This document shows, in pieces, positions 21,383 to 31,106 of a DNA stretch of 64,000 nucleotides; the stretch's first letter is position 1, and the number at the start of each line of letters is the position of its first letter. The notes under the pieces were generated by a model. The model saw nothing but the letters and a program-made list of their open reading frames with translations, did not search any database and had not been told where the DNA came from. Source of the stretch: an uncultured Planctomycetia bacterium (GTDB lineage: Bacteria > Omnitrophota > Gorgyraeia > 2-02-FULL-51-18); contig CAZXLF010000001.1 of the NCBI GenBank assembly GCA_964642015.1, forward strand, positions 254,375-318,374, read 5' to 3'. Both the position numbers and the translations under genes were made by a program.

Positions 21383-23491
21383 ATGCGCATTCCGTTGTTC
21401 CTCATGAGAAGTGTTTTTCTCCCTATTTTTATTCTTTTTTCATCTTCTATTTTTGCTGAAGAGCCCAAAGCGATAAGGCCTCAGTGGGAATTTGCCGGCT
21501 GGTATGGTGGAGGCTGTTATCCGGACATCCAGTTCGACCCGATGCACAAAAACAGAGTTTATCTGACCTCCGATGTTGCAGGTATATGGCGCAGCGATGA
21601 TCGGGGAGAGAGCTGGCGCTTTATCAATAACGGCATTGAAGATTTTACCGTGGCATTTATTGTTCCGGCTCCGTCAAATTCCGATGTGTTGTACGCAGGC
21701 ACCAAAAGCGGGCTTTTTCGGTCGATAGACGCCGGCGCAAACTGGGAACGCTGCGATCGCTATAGGAATAAGATCGCTTTCAAACGGCCTGAAAATTACA
21801 AAAGCGCGGTGATCTCGCGTTCTAATGCCGCAAAATTAGTTATAGGAACCGCTGACGGCGATGTTTTGTATTCTGAGGATAGCGGAGACCATTGGAAACC
21901 GCTCGGATATATTGAAAGATCATTTTTCAAAGGTTCAGCGATCACGGCGATGGCATGGAGCTCTGATGAAAATTTTCTTTACGCCGCATCTTCCAAAGGG
22001 CTGGCAATGTATTCGTTTGAAAAAAAGCGGTGGAAATTTTTTGCCGATGGTCCTAAAAACATTTCAGATCTTGTGATCTCAAAGAACGATCCCAACGCTT
22101 TTTATGTAGCCGGCGCGAGATCACTTTGGATATCCGATGATTCCGGAAAGTCCTGGAGACAGACATCCCCCATATCACGCGGACTTACTTACCGCATAGC
22201 GCTTTTGAGTCCCGATAGTTCAAATAAAATTCCGATAATGACGGTCGCGTGGAATGACGGTTGGCGCGGAGGGGTCTTGTTCAGTGATGATGAAGGTAAG
22301 TCGTGGCGGAGAGGCGAGCAGAAAATGTTTCCGGATAACCTCTCCGATCCGACTCGACTTTGGGCAGGCACGGAATTCAGGATCAATGCGTTAAAAGCAG
22401 ACCCTTTCAATGATCAGACTTTATTTTTCACCGAATGGTGGGGAATATGGCGTAGTGACGATGGGGGATCGAGTTGGCATGAGAAGATCAAAGGAGCTCC
22501 GAACACGGTGGCTGAAGATATTCTTGCGCAACGGGATGGCACGCTATATGTCGCGACGATGGACAACGGGCTCCTCAAAAGTCTGGACGGAGGAAAAAGT
22601 TTTACACCGATCTATCCCGTAGGCGCGTACGACAACAGGGTCAACGGCCATGTTTGGAGAGTTTGCAACGCCGACGCTTCCAATTCCAAGCTCATCGCGA
22701 CGGCTTCGCCCTGGTTCGATAAATTAAATCAGGTGGTATTGATAGATGCTATCGATGAGCATTTTGAGATCGTGCGTCATGGATTGCCCGGAAAAAGGCC
22801 GGCGGTGAATACGATGTGGGAGGCCGGATATCCGAGAGCATTGGCGGTGGACCCGAAAGATCCGAAAAGGGTCTATCTGGGTATCGACGGCGATGATGGC
22901 GGAGGGCTTTTTATTTCTGATGACGGAGGGAAAAGTTGGGAATATTCAAAAGGTCAGCCGGCTTGCAAGCGTGTGTTTAACGCTTTGGCCGTTGATCCAT
23001 CGGATACGAACAGGATCTATTGGGGCGCGTACAGTGAAAATGGAAACGCCGGAGGCATCTATCTTTCAGAAGATCGGGGCATGACATGGAAACAGGTATT
23101 CGATCAAGTGAACAAAGTTTTTAATCTCGCGATAGCTAAGGATGGGACGGTTTATGTCGCCGGAGATGAAAAAGGGCCTGTTTTGTATGTTTCACAGGAT
23201 CACGGAAAAACTTGGAAGCTCTTGAACCGATTCGGTGACGAGGGTGCAGTCACTGGCATTTGCTTGAATGGAAAAGATGAAAAAAAGATCGCGATAGGCA
23301 CCGCTAAATGGAACGCAAAAAAGAACGCCCATCTGGTCTATATCAGCGAAGACAGCGGTGTTCATTGGGAAGATTATACAAGCGACCTGCCTTTTAGCTC
23401 AGGCATCAATACTATTACTTATAGTTCTAAGGATGGTTACCTGTATGTGGCGGAGTCCGGAAGCTCTATATATAAGGTAAAGTGGCCTTAA
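21383..23491 (+). CDS. Secreted BNR/Asp-box beta-propeller protein (GH74/sialidase/VPS10-like)
   Basis: Signal peptide (..FSSSIFA-EE) and more than 10 SxDxGxxW Asp-box repeats. ATG at 21383 (ORF track starts at 21242). Confidence 0.8.
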   Translation: MRIPLFLMRSVFLPIFILFSSSIFAEEPKAIRPQWEFAGWYGGGCYPDIQFDPMHKNRVYLTSDVAGIWRSDDRGESWRFINNGIEDFTVAFIVPAPSNSDVLYAGTKSGLFRSIDAGANWERCDRYRNKIAFKRPENYKSAVISRSNAAKLVIGTADGDVLYSEDSGDHWKPLGYIERSFFKGSAITAMAWSSDENFLYAASSKGLAMYSFEKKRWKFFADGPKNISDLVISKNDPNAFYVAGARSLWISDDSGKSWRQTSPISRGLTYRIALLSPDSSNKIPIMTVAWNDGWRGGVLFSDDEGKSWRRGEQKMFPDNLSDPTRLWAGTEFRINALKADPFNDQTLFFTEWWGIWRSDDGGSSWHEKIKGAPNTVAEDILAQRDGTLYVATMDNGLLKSLDGGKSFTPIYPVGAYDNRVNGHVWRVCNADASNSKLIATASPWFDKLNQVVLIDAIDEHFEIVRHGLPGKRPAVNTMWEAGYPRALAVDPKDPKRVYLGIDGDDGGGLFISDDGGKSWEYSKGQPACKRVFNALAVDPSDTNRIYWGAYSENGNAGGIYLSEDRGMTWKQVFDQVNKVFNLAIAKDGTVYVAGDEKGPVLYVSQDHGKTWKLLNRFGDEGAVTGICLNGKDEKKIAIGTAKWNAKKNAHLVYISEDSGVHWEDYTSDLPFSSGINTITYSSKDGYLYVAESGSSIYKVKWP

Positions 23492-23599
23492 ATTCGAGGA
23501 GTTTTAGGGGCTTATTCTAGATATTTTTTCGATTAACAATAGATTTGTAAAACAGATAGGTATTAGGTAAACTATACGGAATAAACCAGGAAAAATGAA

Positions 23600-24403
23600 A
23601 TGACGGATATCGAGTTTTTCAAAGAAAACGGTTATTTATTTCTTCAAAATTTCTTCTCCGAAGAGGAGATGTACACGCTTGAAGCATCGCTCAAAGAAGC
23701 CAAACCGCGTTTTCCGACCACACTCAATAAGAGCGGACTTGTGTTCTGTGAATTTGTCCATTTTCACAGCAAAGCACTTCAATCATTCATTGCAAGCGAA
23801 AAGATGGTGAATTTTTTGAAAGATTATATCGGGGATGATTTCTGGCTCCGCAAAGACCAGACCGTCACGAAATATCCGGGCGGCGAGGAATTTCCGTGGC
23901 ATCAAGACAATGCTTATAACAAATTGAAAGATGCGTATAACCAGTTTTGGGTCGCTTTGACCGACATGAGCCCTGAGAATGGCGGCTTGCGTCTTTTGGC
24001 CGGCACTCATAAAAGCGGCATATTACCTCACAAGCTTGTTGATAATCACTTGGCTTGGCAGGGGGATGATAAAAAAGAGATCATTATCCGGGCCAAGCGC
24101 GGAGATGTGCTCTTTTTTTCGTCGATGCTTCTGCATCGCACGGGCCCGAATCATACGCAGAATAACCGCGTCGCTTACGTGCTCGAATTCATGTCCAGCG
24201 AACATTTCGATCCTTATGTCCATCCGCCTTATTTTCAGGTCGTGAGGAACGGCCGGTCCGATCCAAAATTCATTAATTTCTACAAAGGCAACCTCTCGAT
24301 CAAAAATCAATGGGATTATCTGGGTCCCAGGATCAAACGCAAGAGCTGGCTGATCGAGACGGGTTTGAAGGATCGATTGAAAAAACTGCGGGCTAAGACG
24401 TGA
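23600..24403 (+). CDS. Phytanoyl-CoA dioxygenase (PhyH) family Fe(II)/2-oxoglutarate dioxygenase
   Basis: FFKENGYL, PWHQD (HxD), WVALTD...ENGGL...GTHK, GDVLFF...LHRTGPN...R. Confidence 0.85.
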   Translation: MTDIEFFKENGYLFLQNFFSEEEMYTLEASLKEAKPRFPTTLNKSGLVFCEFVHFHSKALQSFIASEKMVNFLKDYIGDDFWLRKDQTVTKYPGGEEFPWHQDNAYNKLKDAYNQFWVALTDMSPENGGLRLLAGTHKSGILPHKLVDNHLAWQGDDKKEIIIRAKRGDVLFFSSMLLHRTGPNHTQNNRVAYVLEFMSSEHFDPYVHPPYFQVVRNGRSDPKFINFYKGNLSIKNQWDYLGPRIKRKSWLIETGLKDRLKKLRAKT

Positions 24404-25491
24404 AAACATCAGCTGATCTTTTTTTGAGTTTGGAAAATGGTGATGGCGGTTTTCGTTTCTCGCCGGGATCTCCGGCTACGCTGGTGGCCACTTCTTACTG
24501 TGTGCTGGGTCTTGAATTCTCCGGAGCACTTGAGAAAATGGACCATTCAAAAAAGTCAAAGATAGCTTCTTTTATTCTCTCAGGCGCTACAAAGGACGGC
24601 TATTTCCGCGATAAACTTTTTAACCAGAAAGATGTGATGAGTTCCGAGCACGATCCGGCTTATTTCGAAGACGAAACTACCGCGTTTTGTTTACAGGCGC
24701 TCGATGCGCTGAAATCGGGGCCGGTATCTGCACTTGAACTGCCCGCGCGATGGGCAAACGCCGAAGCGCTGGTCTCATATTTAAATTCGCTGCCTTGGAA
24801 GAATCCATGGCTTGATTCCAACCGCGTGATGTTCGCGCTGAGCCGTCTTTGTTATGAAGCCGAAAAAGGCCAAACTCAGCACTTAGCAAGTGTAGATAAA
24901 GCGCTTGATTGGCTGGATACACAGCAGGACAAGATCACAGGATTATGGCGCGGCCGAGAAAACGCGGAACTGAACAATGCGATGGCCGCTACAGTGCACT
25001 TCACTTTTTTTTATGCTTACCGTAAAAGATCAATACAGTTCGCCGATAAGATAATCGACAGCTGTCTTTCTCTGCAGGCTTCGCATGGTTTGTTCGACAA
25101 ATGGACCGTGGGGCATACGTGTTTTGATTACGATGCGGTCCAGCTTCTGGATACGGCAAGCAGGCAGTCTGACCATCGCAAAAAAGAAGTTCATGATGCT
25201 TTGAGCCGGGCCGCCAGAGCGACACGTGCGCTTCAAAATGAGGATGGAGGATTTGCCGATGCCAAAATGAGGGTGCGGCGTTTTCTTGGCAGACCGTTAC
25301 CGCTTTTTTTGTCCCAAAAGATCGTTGATGAGCGTTATAATAATTGCTGGAAACATCTGTCATGCCGGTCAGTTGAAAGCAATGCCTATTCGACGTGGCT
25401 GCGATCGATTATTCTTTTTTTAGCGGATGGCCGACCAAAGAACGGACATTCATTCCGGCGATTACCGTTCTTGGGATATATACCTCCATGA
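24400..25491 (+). CDS. Prenyltransferase/squalene-oxidase repeat (alpha/alpha-toroid) protein
   Basis: LENGDGGF, QDKITGLW, LQASHGLF, LQNEDGGF repeats. Confidence 0.65.
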   Translation: MKTSADLFLSLENGDGGFRFSPGSPATLVATSYCVLGLEFSGALEKMDHSKKSKIASFILSGATKDGYFRDKLFNQKDVMSSEHDPAYFEDETTAFCLQALDALKSGPVSALELPARWANAEALVSYLNSLPWKNPWLDSNRVMFALSRLCYEAEKGQTQHLASVDKALDWLDTQQDKITGLWRGRENAELNNAMAATVHFTFFYAYRKRSIQFADKIIDSCLSLQASHGLFDKWTVGHTCFDYDAVQLLDTASRQSDHRKKEVHDALSRAARATRALQNEDGGFADAKMRVRRFLGRPLPLFLSQKIVDERYNNCWKHLSCRSVESNAYSTWLRSIILFLADGRPKNGHSFRRLPFLGYIPP

Positions 25492-26474
25492 GCGAACCTA
25501 AGATCAGTGTTGTGATACCGGTTTATAACAGCGCCGATTTTTTTGCACGTACGCTGGAGTGTGTCCTGAGGCAGACGAGTCCCGCACACGAGATCGTCGT
25601 GATCAACGACGGTTCCACGGACAATACTCAGGAGCTCTTGGACCGATACAAGGGCAGGATCGTCACAAAGACCATTAAAAATTCCGGCTGTGCCGCCGCG
25701 CGCAATGAAGGTGTCCGTATCGCGACGGGGGATGTCATCGCGTTCCTGGATGGCGATGATCTTTGGTTCCGCAAAAAACTGAAAGTGGTCATGAAATATC
25801 TTAAACGCTATCCTGACATCGACTTTTTCTGCAGTAATTACCTGGTTTATTCGGAATATCACGGCCGCATTGTCCGCCATTATGAAAATTTAGCGAATGC
25901 GGATGATTTTAATTTCGATGAACCGCTGCGTAGGTTGCCTTTTAAATTGCTATTAGAAAGTAACTTTGTCGGCACTCCTTCGACCGTCGTGGTGAGGAAG
26001 AGATTTTTTGAAAAGACGGGGGGTTTTGATCCCAGCTGCAAGATCGTGGAGGATCTGGATTATTTTTTCCGAGCCGCCGCCCGGTCGAATTTCGTGCTGA
26101 TCCATGATGTACTGCTCTACAAGCACAACCATGCCGAGAACATGTCCCACAATAAGATCAAATTGTACGAAGGCCACAAGCGTGTTTTTAACCGATGCAT
26201 CACCGGCGAACGTGAATTCATTTCAAACCGTCATCTAAAAAGAGACGTTGATCTGGGCTTGGCGAATATCAATTACATCCTTGGGAGATTGTATTTTGAA
26301 ACAGGACAAAGGAAACACGCTTATAAATTGTTCTGGGAGGCTTTCAAAGCGGCGATCTATCCGTCCAATTTTTTTCAGTTCATTTGGGAGACTTCAAAAA
26401 AAACAGCCCGAGTCCTCACCGGCAACGCGATCAGCAAAAAGAATCTGAAGCGGGCCCTGCATAGCGCCCATTGA
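25488..26474 (+). CDS. Glycosyltransferase family 2 (paralog of 10161 and 11153)
   Basis: ISVVIPVYN, FLDGDDLWFRKKLK, NFVGTPS. The ATG at 25488 overlaps the upstream stop. Confidence 0.9.
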   Translation: MSEPKISVVIPVYNSADFFARTLECVLRQTSPAHEIVVINDGSTDNTQELLDRYKGRIVTKTIKNSGCAAARNEGVRIATGDVIAFLDGDDLWFRKKLKVVMKYLKRYPDIDFFCSNYLVYSEYHGRIVRHYENLANADDFNFDEPLRRLPFKLLLESNFVGTPSTVVVRKRFFEKTGGFDPSCKIVEDLDYFFRAAARSNFVLIHDVLLYKHNHAENMSHNKIKLYEGHKRVFNRCITGEREFISNRHLKRDVDLGLANINYILGRLYFETGQRKHAYKLFWEAFKAAIYPSNFFQFIWETSKKTARVLTGNAISKKNLKRALHSAH

Positions 26475-26578
26475 CCGCGTTTTTTGCCGCCAGAAGAAAT
26501 GAATTCACCCCTGCTGTCATAAATCCTGTATCATAAGACAATGATCCTCCGGACGGAATATTTACGGGAGTTATTATT

Positions 26579-28141
26579 TTGAAAAAACAGATCTTATTGA
26601 ATATCTTGAGTAATTACGCCGGCCGCGCGGTCGGCATGGTCTTGGGATTTTTTCTCGTGCCTTTCCTCATTTACAAGCTGGGCGTGGAAGTGTTCGGTCT
26701 GGTGATCGTGTTTGAATCCATGATGAAATTCATGGAAGCGGTCAGTACGAGCGTGCGCGTGGCTTTGTCGAGGTACGCGACTTATTCGTTGTCTCAAGAA
26801 AGGGAAGGCGATTTTGTGTCCTATCTTTCCACGGGACGCGGGCTCTTTCTGATGATTTCCGTGCTGATATTCGCGGTAGGTTTTATGTTAAGTTTTTGGA
26901 TCCCGGGCATCTTCCGCATCCCCGAAGGGCGCTACCATGAATGCCAGCAGTATTTTGCTCTGATCACGGCGGCGTTCGCGGTGACGGTGCCGAATATAGT
27001 TTTCTGGGCCGGCTTATACGCGAAACAGCGTTTCGATCTGATCAATCTGGCGAGCTCCACGGGCATGACGCTGAGGGCGATAGCGATATTCGTGATCTTT
27101 TCGATCGTGCCCAAGCAGTATGTGTCGCTCGTTACTTACGGCTGGATCTATCTGATTATGACCTGGTCGCAGAATTATGCGGTTTACTTCGCGTTCAAGA
27201 AACTGATGCCTCACATCAAGGTGAGTCTCAAATATTTTCAGATGCATAAAGTAAAAGAGATATTGTCTTTCAGCGTCTACACTTTGTCGGGACACATGAG
27301 TTCGATCATCAACGAAAATGCGACGAATTTCATCATCAATTTTTTCTGGGGCCCGGCCGCGAACGCCGTTTACGGCATCGGCACCAAATTTTCTTCTCTG
27401 ATCGAGAATATCGTGCTTGAGCCGACGTGGACGCTGACACCCACATTCACGGACCTTGTGGCGAAAGGGGAGCATCAGAAATTAAAGACGCTGATCTTTG
27501 TGTTCACGAAGGCGATGACGATCCTTTGCTTTCCGGCGTTTTTGGCGCTGATGATATTCGCTAAGCCCATCCTGACCCAGTGGGTCGGCGGGAGGTTCAA
27601 TGACGCGCCATGGATCATGGTTTTAAGCATTCTTCCGCAATGTTTTTACATCCCGATCGCATCAACACATAACCTTCCGAATGCCTACGGCCATGTCAAA
27701 GTGCCCGGTATCGTGAACCCGATCTATGACCTTTTATCGGTGCTGACTTGCTATATTTTTGCGGTGCCTTTGAAGTTCGGTCTTATTGGTATGGCGATGG
27801 GCTCGTGTGTGTGTGCGATCTCGATGGCGTTCCTGTTCGCTGTGCCTTACGGATGCTATTTGGCCGGTTTTTCGGCGACTGAATACTGGCTCCGCGCTTA
27901 CTTCAAACCGGTGGCTTGGGCTGCTGTTCTTTGGATGCCGACGCTTTTATTTCTCGTTAAATGGAAACCTTTTTTATGGATGAGTGTTTCCGGTATGGCT
28001 GTCTTGTCCGGGGTCTCCATTGTCTATATCGTAGGGGTCTACTTTATGGTCTTGAACACCAAAGACAAGGGTTATGTTGACCAATTTTTAAAGGTTATAA
28101 AAACAAAAACCGGCTTTTCCAAGCCTTTGATCGCCGGCTAA
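26579..28141 (+). CDS. Wzx-type flippase (paralog of 8590)
   Basis: Multi-TM; shares GLYAKQRFDLIN and EPTWTLTPTFTDL with 8590..10164; TTG start after GGGAG. Confidence 0.85.
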   Translation: MKKQILLNILSNYAGRAVGMVLGFFLVPFLIYKLGVEVFGLVIVFESMMKFMEAVSTSVRVALSRYATYSLSQEREGDFVSYLSTGRGLFLMISVLIFAVGFMLSFWIPGIFRIPEGRYHECQQYFALITAAFAVTVPNIVFWAGLYAKQRFDLINLASSTGMTLRAIAIFVIFSIVPKQYVSLVTYGWIYLIMTWSQNYAVYFAFKKLMPHIKVSLKYFQMHKVKEILSFSVYTLSGHMSSIINENATNFIINFFWGPAANAVYGIGTKFSSLIENIVLEPTWTLTPTFTDLVAKGEHQKLKTLIFVFTKAMTILCFPAFLALMIFAKPILTQWVGGRFNDAPWIMVLSILPQCFYIPIASTHNLPNAYGHVKVPGIVNPIYDLLSVLTCYIFAVPLKFGLIGMAMGSCVCAISMAFLFAVPYGCYLAGFSATEYWLRAYFKPVAWAAVLWMPTLLFLVKWKPFLWMSVSGMAVLSGVSIVYIVGVYFMVLNTKDKGYVDQFLKVIKTKTGFSKPLIAG

Positions 28142-28286
28142 GTTCTGAGAGTTTTCGAATATTTCCGTCAAATCCCAATTATTTGTATTCCTCTATTTTG
28201 CAGTGTACACTATAGGTTCATTATCAATCGGATAGCAGGCTCTATCAGCGCTTATATCGTAAATAGGATCTCTAGGAAGTTGACTT

Positions 28287-29696
28287 ATGCTTAAAGAACA
28301 CAACGCAGTATTTAGACGTATCATGATCATGGCTGACCTCTGCGTGATCGCGGTCTCGTTCGTGTTGGCTTATCCGCTGGCTTGCAAACTGAACCCGAGC
28401 ATGAACCCGTTCAAGATTCACATCGCGTTCTTACCGGTGATCCTGATGCTTTGGGGGTTCCTGCTTTATTTTTCCCGGATGTACCAGTCTTTTCGCGTGA
28501 AACCTCTTTTTGAGATGTTCTATATTGTGTTCAAGACCGCTTTGGCCGGTTTCATCATCTTTGGAAGCATCACTTACATTCTGAAGATCACCTATGTTTC
28601 CCGCGCATTCATCGTTTTTGCTTTCTTGATCTCGTCGGTACTTTTGTGCGCTGAAAAGGCGTTCGTGGTGATGTTTTTCCGCTTCACTCGCAGGAAAGGT
28701 TTTAATTTCAGGAGCGTGCTGATCATCGGCACCAATAAACGCGCCCAGCGTTTCGAGGAACTTCTGTACAACCATAGGGAATGGGGATTCCATGTGCTCG
28801 GCTTTATTGATGAAGATCCCAAAAAGAAAGGCGAGGCGTTCGGCAAATCCAAAGTTCTTGGTTCATTCGACGATCTGCCTGATGTGATCCATAGCAACGT
28901 CGTTGATGAGGTCGTGTTCATCGTGCCGAGGTCGTGGCTCACGAAGATCGAGGAGATCGTTCATTTCTGCGAGACCGAAGGTTTAAAGATCCATCTGGCT
29001 GTCGACCATTTTGAGCTGCAATTCGCCAAAGCAAAACAAACGGATTTCCACGGATTTCCGCTGATCACTTTTGAAAGCGCGCCGGACAAGATCTGGCATC
29101 TTTTATTCAAACGGCTTTTTGACCTTGTCCTATCGGGTGTGGCGCTTGTCGTGCTGTCGCCGTTCTTGCTCATCATCGCGATATGCATCAAAGCAACGTC
29201 CAAAGGACCGATATTTTTCAAGCAAACCCGCTGCGGTTTGAATAGCAGGCGCTTCACGCTGCTCAAGTTCAGAACGATGGTCGTGGATGCGGAGAAAAAA
29301 TTGGCGGAACTTGAGAAGCATAATCAAATGAAAGGACCGGCTTTCAAGATGGATAATGACCCGCGTGTCACGCCGATCGGCCGGTTCTTAAGAAAGCTTA
29401 GTTTGGATGAATTGCCCCAGCTCTGGAATGTTCTCGCCGGCGATATGAGCCTCGTGGGCCCGAGACCTCCGATCCCCAAAGAGGTCGAGCGGTATGATAA
29501 TTGGCATCGCCGCCGCTTAAGCATGCGCCCCGGCCTTACGTGTTTGTGGCAGGTGAACGGCCGCAATAAGATCACGGATTTTGACGATTGGATGAAGCTT
29601 GACCTCGAATATATTGACAACTGGTCCTTGTGGCTTGATCTTAAGATCGTGTTCAAAACAGTCCCTGTGGTCCTGATTGGTCACGGCGCCAAATAA
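28287..29696 (+). CDS. Priming polyprenyl-phosphate glycosylphosphotransferase (WcaJ/WbaP-type sugar transferase)
   Basis: N-terminal TMs and CoA-binding-like domain; KRLFD, KFRTM, DPRVT..GRFLRK.SLDELPQLWNVL.GDMSLVGPRP, PGLT. Confidence 0.95.
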   Translation: MLKEHNAVFRRIMIMADLCVIAVSFVLAYPLACKLNPSMNPFKIHIAFLPVILMLWGFLLYFSRMYQSFRVKPLFEMFYIVFKTALAGFIIFGSITYILKITYVSRAFIVFAFLISSVLLCAEKAFVVMFFRFTRRKGFNFRSVLIIGTNKRAQRFEELLYNHREWGFHVLGFIDEDPKKKGEAFGKSKVLGSFDDLPDVIHSNVVDEVVFIVPRSWLTKIEEIVHFCETEGLKIHLAVDHFELQFAKAKQTDFHGFPLITFESAPDKIWHLLFKRLFDLVLSGVALVVLSPFLLIIAICIKATSKGPIFFKQTRCGLNSRRFTLLKFRTMVVDAEKKLAELEKHNQMKGPAFKMDNDPRVTPIGRFLRKLSLDELPQLWNVLAGDMSLVGPRPPIPKEVERYDNWHRRRLSMRPGLTCLWQVNGRNKITDFDDWMKLDLEYIDNWSLWLDLKIVFKTVPVVLIGHGAK

Positions 29697-29709
29697 TCAT
29701 TTCTCATCA

Positions 29710-30954
29710 GTGAAGATCGCGATCATCACGCCGCTTTATTATCCTTCGGTCGGCGGCACCCAAACGTCCCTTGGTTTTTTAGGAAAGTTCTTATCGGCAC
29801 AAGGTCACGAGGTCCGTGTCTATACGAGCCAGCTAGGCAGGATGGACGAGCTTAAGATCCCGAGTTCAAAAAGGATCCAAAATTTTCCGGATACCGAGAC
29901 CAAAGACGGCGTGCTGATCAAGCGTTACTCGTGCGGCGGCGTTTTGGATTTTTGCTTGGGATTCGCGTATGCGGTCTCATTCAAACTAAAACTTCCTTTT
30001 ACGGAGGCGCTGTTCGACCTTTACCGGTTAAGGGTAGCGAGAGTTTCACGCTTGCTGAAGGACTTGAGGACCTTTGCGCCTGACGTTGTCTTAGCCGATC
30101 CTTATATTGGATATCAGGCCGAGATCCTGTTCCGCGCACAGAAAACCACCGGCGCAAAGATCATGATGCGTACCGCCCTGCATATCGATTTTCCCGGTTC
30201 CGATTATTCTCCGAAGAAACTCAAGCGGTTGGCAGGCTTGGATGCAGTGATGACTAATACCGAATATGAACGCCGCTTTCTGATCGATTGCGGAGTGAGT
30301 GCGGAGCGGATCCATGTTACGGGTGTCGGGATCGACTCACAAGAATGGAGCGCAGCTTCCGCGGATGATGGCGCTGATATCTCTTTGCAGAAAAAATTGT
30401 CAGGCAAAAAATACGTGCTTTATTTAGGCAGAAAACAGGAAGGCAAGGGGATCGAGACATTGATCGAGGCGATGCAGAAAGTCGCAACGCGTTTTCCGGA
30501 CGCCGTGCTTGTGCTCGCCGGAGAGTCGACGCCTTATTTTGATCAGAAGGTAGCGCCTCTGATCAAGAGGCACAGTTTTATTGAGAATGTGGGCCGGGTG
30601 CAGGGTGCCGTGAAACGATGGCTTTTGCAGAACGCTTATATTTTTTCGATGGTGTCAAATGCCGACAGTTTCGGCATTGTTTATTTGGAGGCATGGTTGT
30701 GTAAAAAACCGGTGATCGGCGCGGACCTTGGCGCGATGCGCTGCGTGATCGATGAAGGGAAGGACGGTTTTCTTGTCCCTTACGGCTCTGCGGATATCCT
30801 TGCGGAAAAGATCAGCGCGCTTCTTCAAGATGCTTCGCTTGCGAAAAGTATGGGCGAGCGGGGATGTGAAAAGGCCGTAGGCCTGTATGATCATCGCGTG
30901 ATTGGAAAAAAGATCGAAGATCTGATGCTGGAAATCTCGCGGAAAAGACCCTGA
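29710..30954 (+). CDS. Glycosyltransferase family 4
   Basis: KIAIITPLYYPSVGG, YLGRKQEGKG, DSFGIVYLEAW. Probable GTG start at 29710 (ORF track 29677). Confidence 0.87.
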   Translation: MKIAIITPLYYPSVGGTQTSLGFLGKFLSAQGHEVRVYTSQLGRMDELKIPSSKRIQNFPDTETKDGVLIKRYSCGGVLDFCLGFAYAVSFKLKLPFTEALFDLYRLRVARVSRLLKDLRTFAPDVVLADPYIGYQAEILFRAQKTTGAKIMMRTALHIDFPGSDYSPKKLKRLAGLDAVMTNTEYERRFLIDCGVSAERIHVTGVGIDSQEWSAASADDGADISLQKKLSGKKYVLYLGRKQEGKGIETLIEAMQKVATRFPDAVLVLAGESTPYFDQKVAPLIKRHSFIENVGRVQGAVKRWLLQNAYIFSMVSNADSFGIVYLEAWLCKKPVIGADLGAMRCVIDEGKDGFLVPYGSADILAEKISALLQDASLAKSMGERGCEKAVGLYDHRVIGKKIEDLMLEISRKRP

Positions 30955-30986
30955 AATAATCTTAATTTTATGTCGTTTTACATCTA

Positions 30987-31015
30987 TTGATTTTACTGAT
31001 TTATTAGGTTATAAT
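30987..31015 (+). promoter_or_regulatory. Putative sigma70 promoter upstream of wza-wzc
   Basis: TTGATT (30987-30992), 17-nt spacer, TATAAT (31010-31015). Confidence 0.55.
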
Positions 31016-31106
31016 ATGACTCTTTATGGTTGGTCTGCTCTATGATTTTCCCTTCGATGATCCGTAGACTCGCAAAGTCTTAAGAGTTATTTTTAGGGTG
31101 ATTTAG

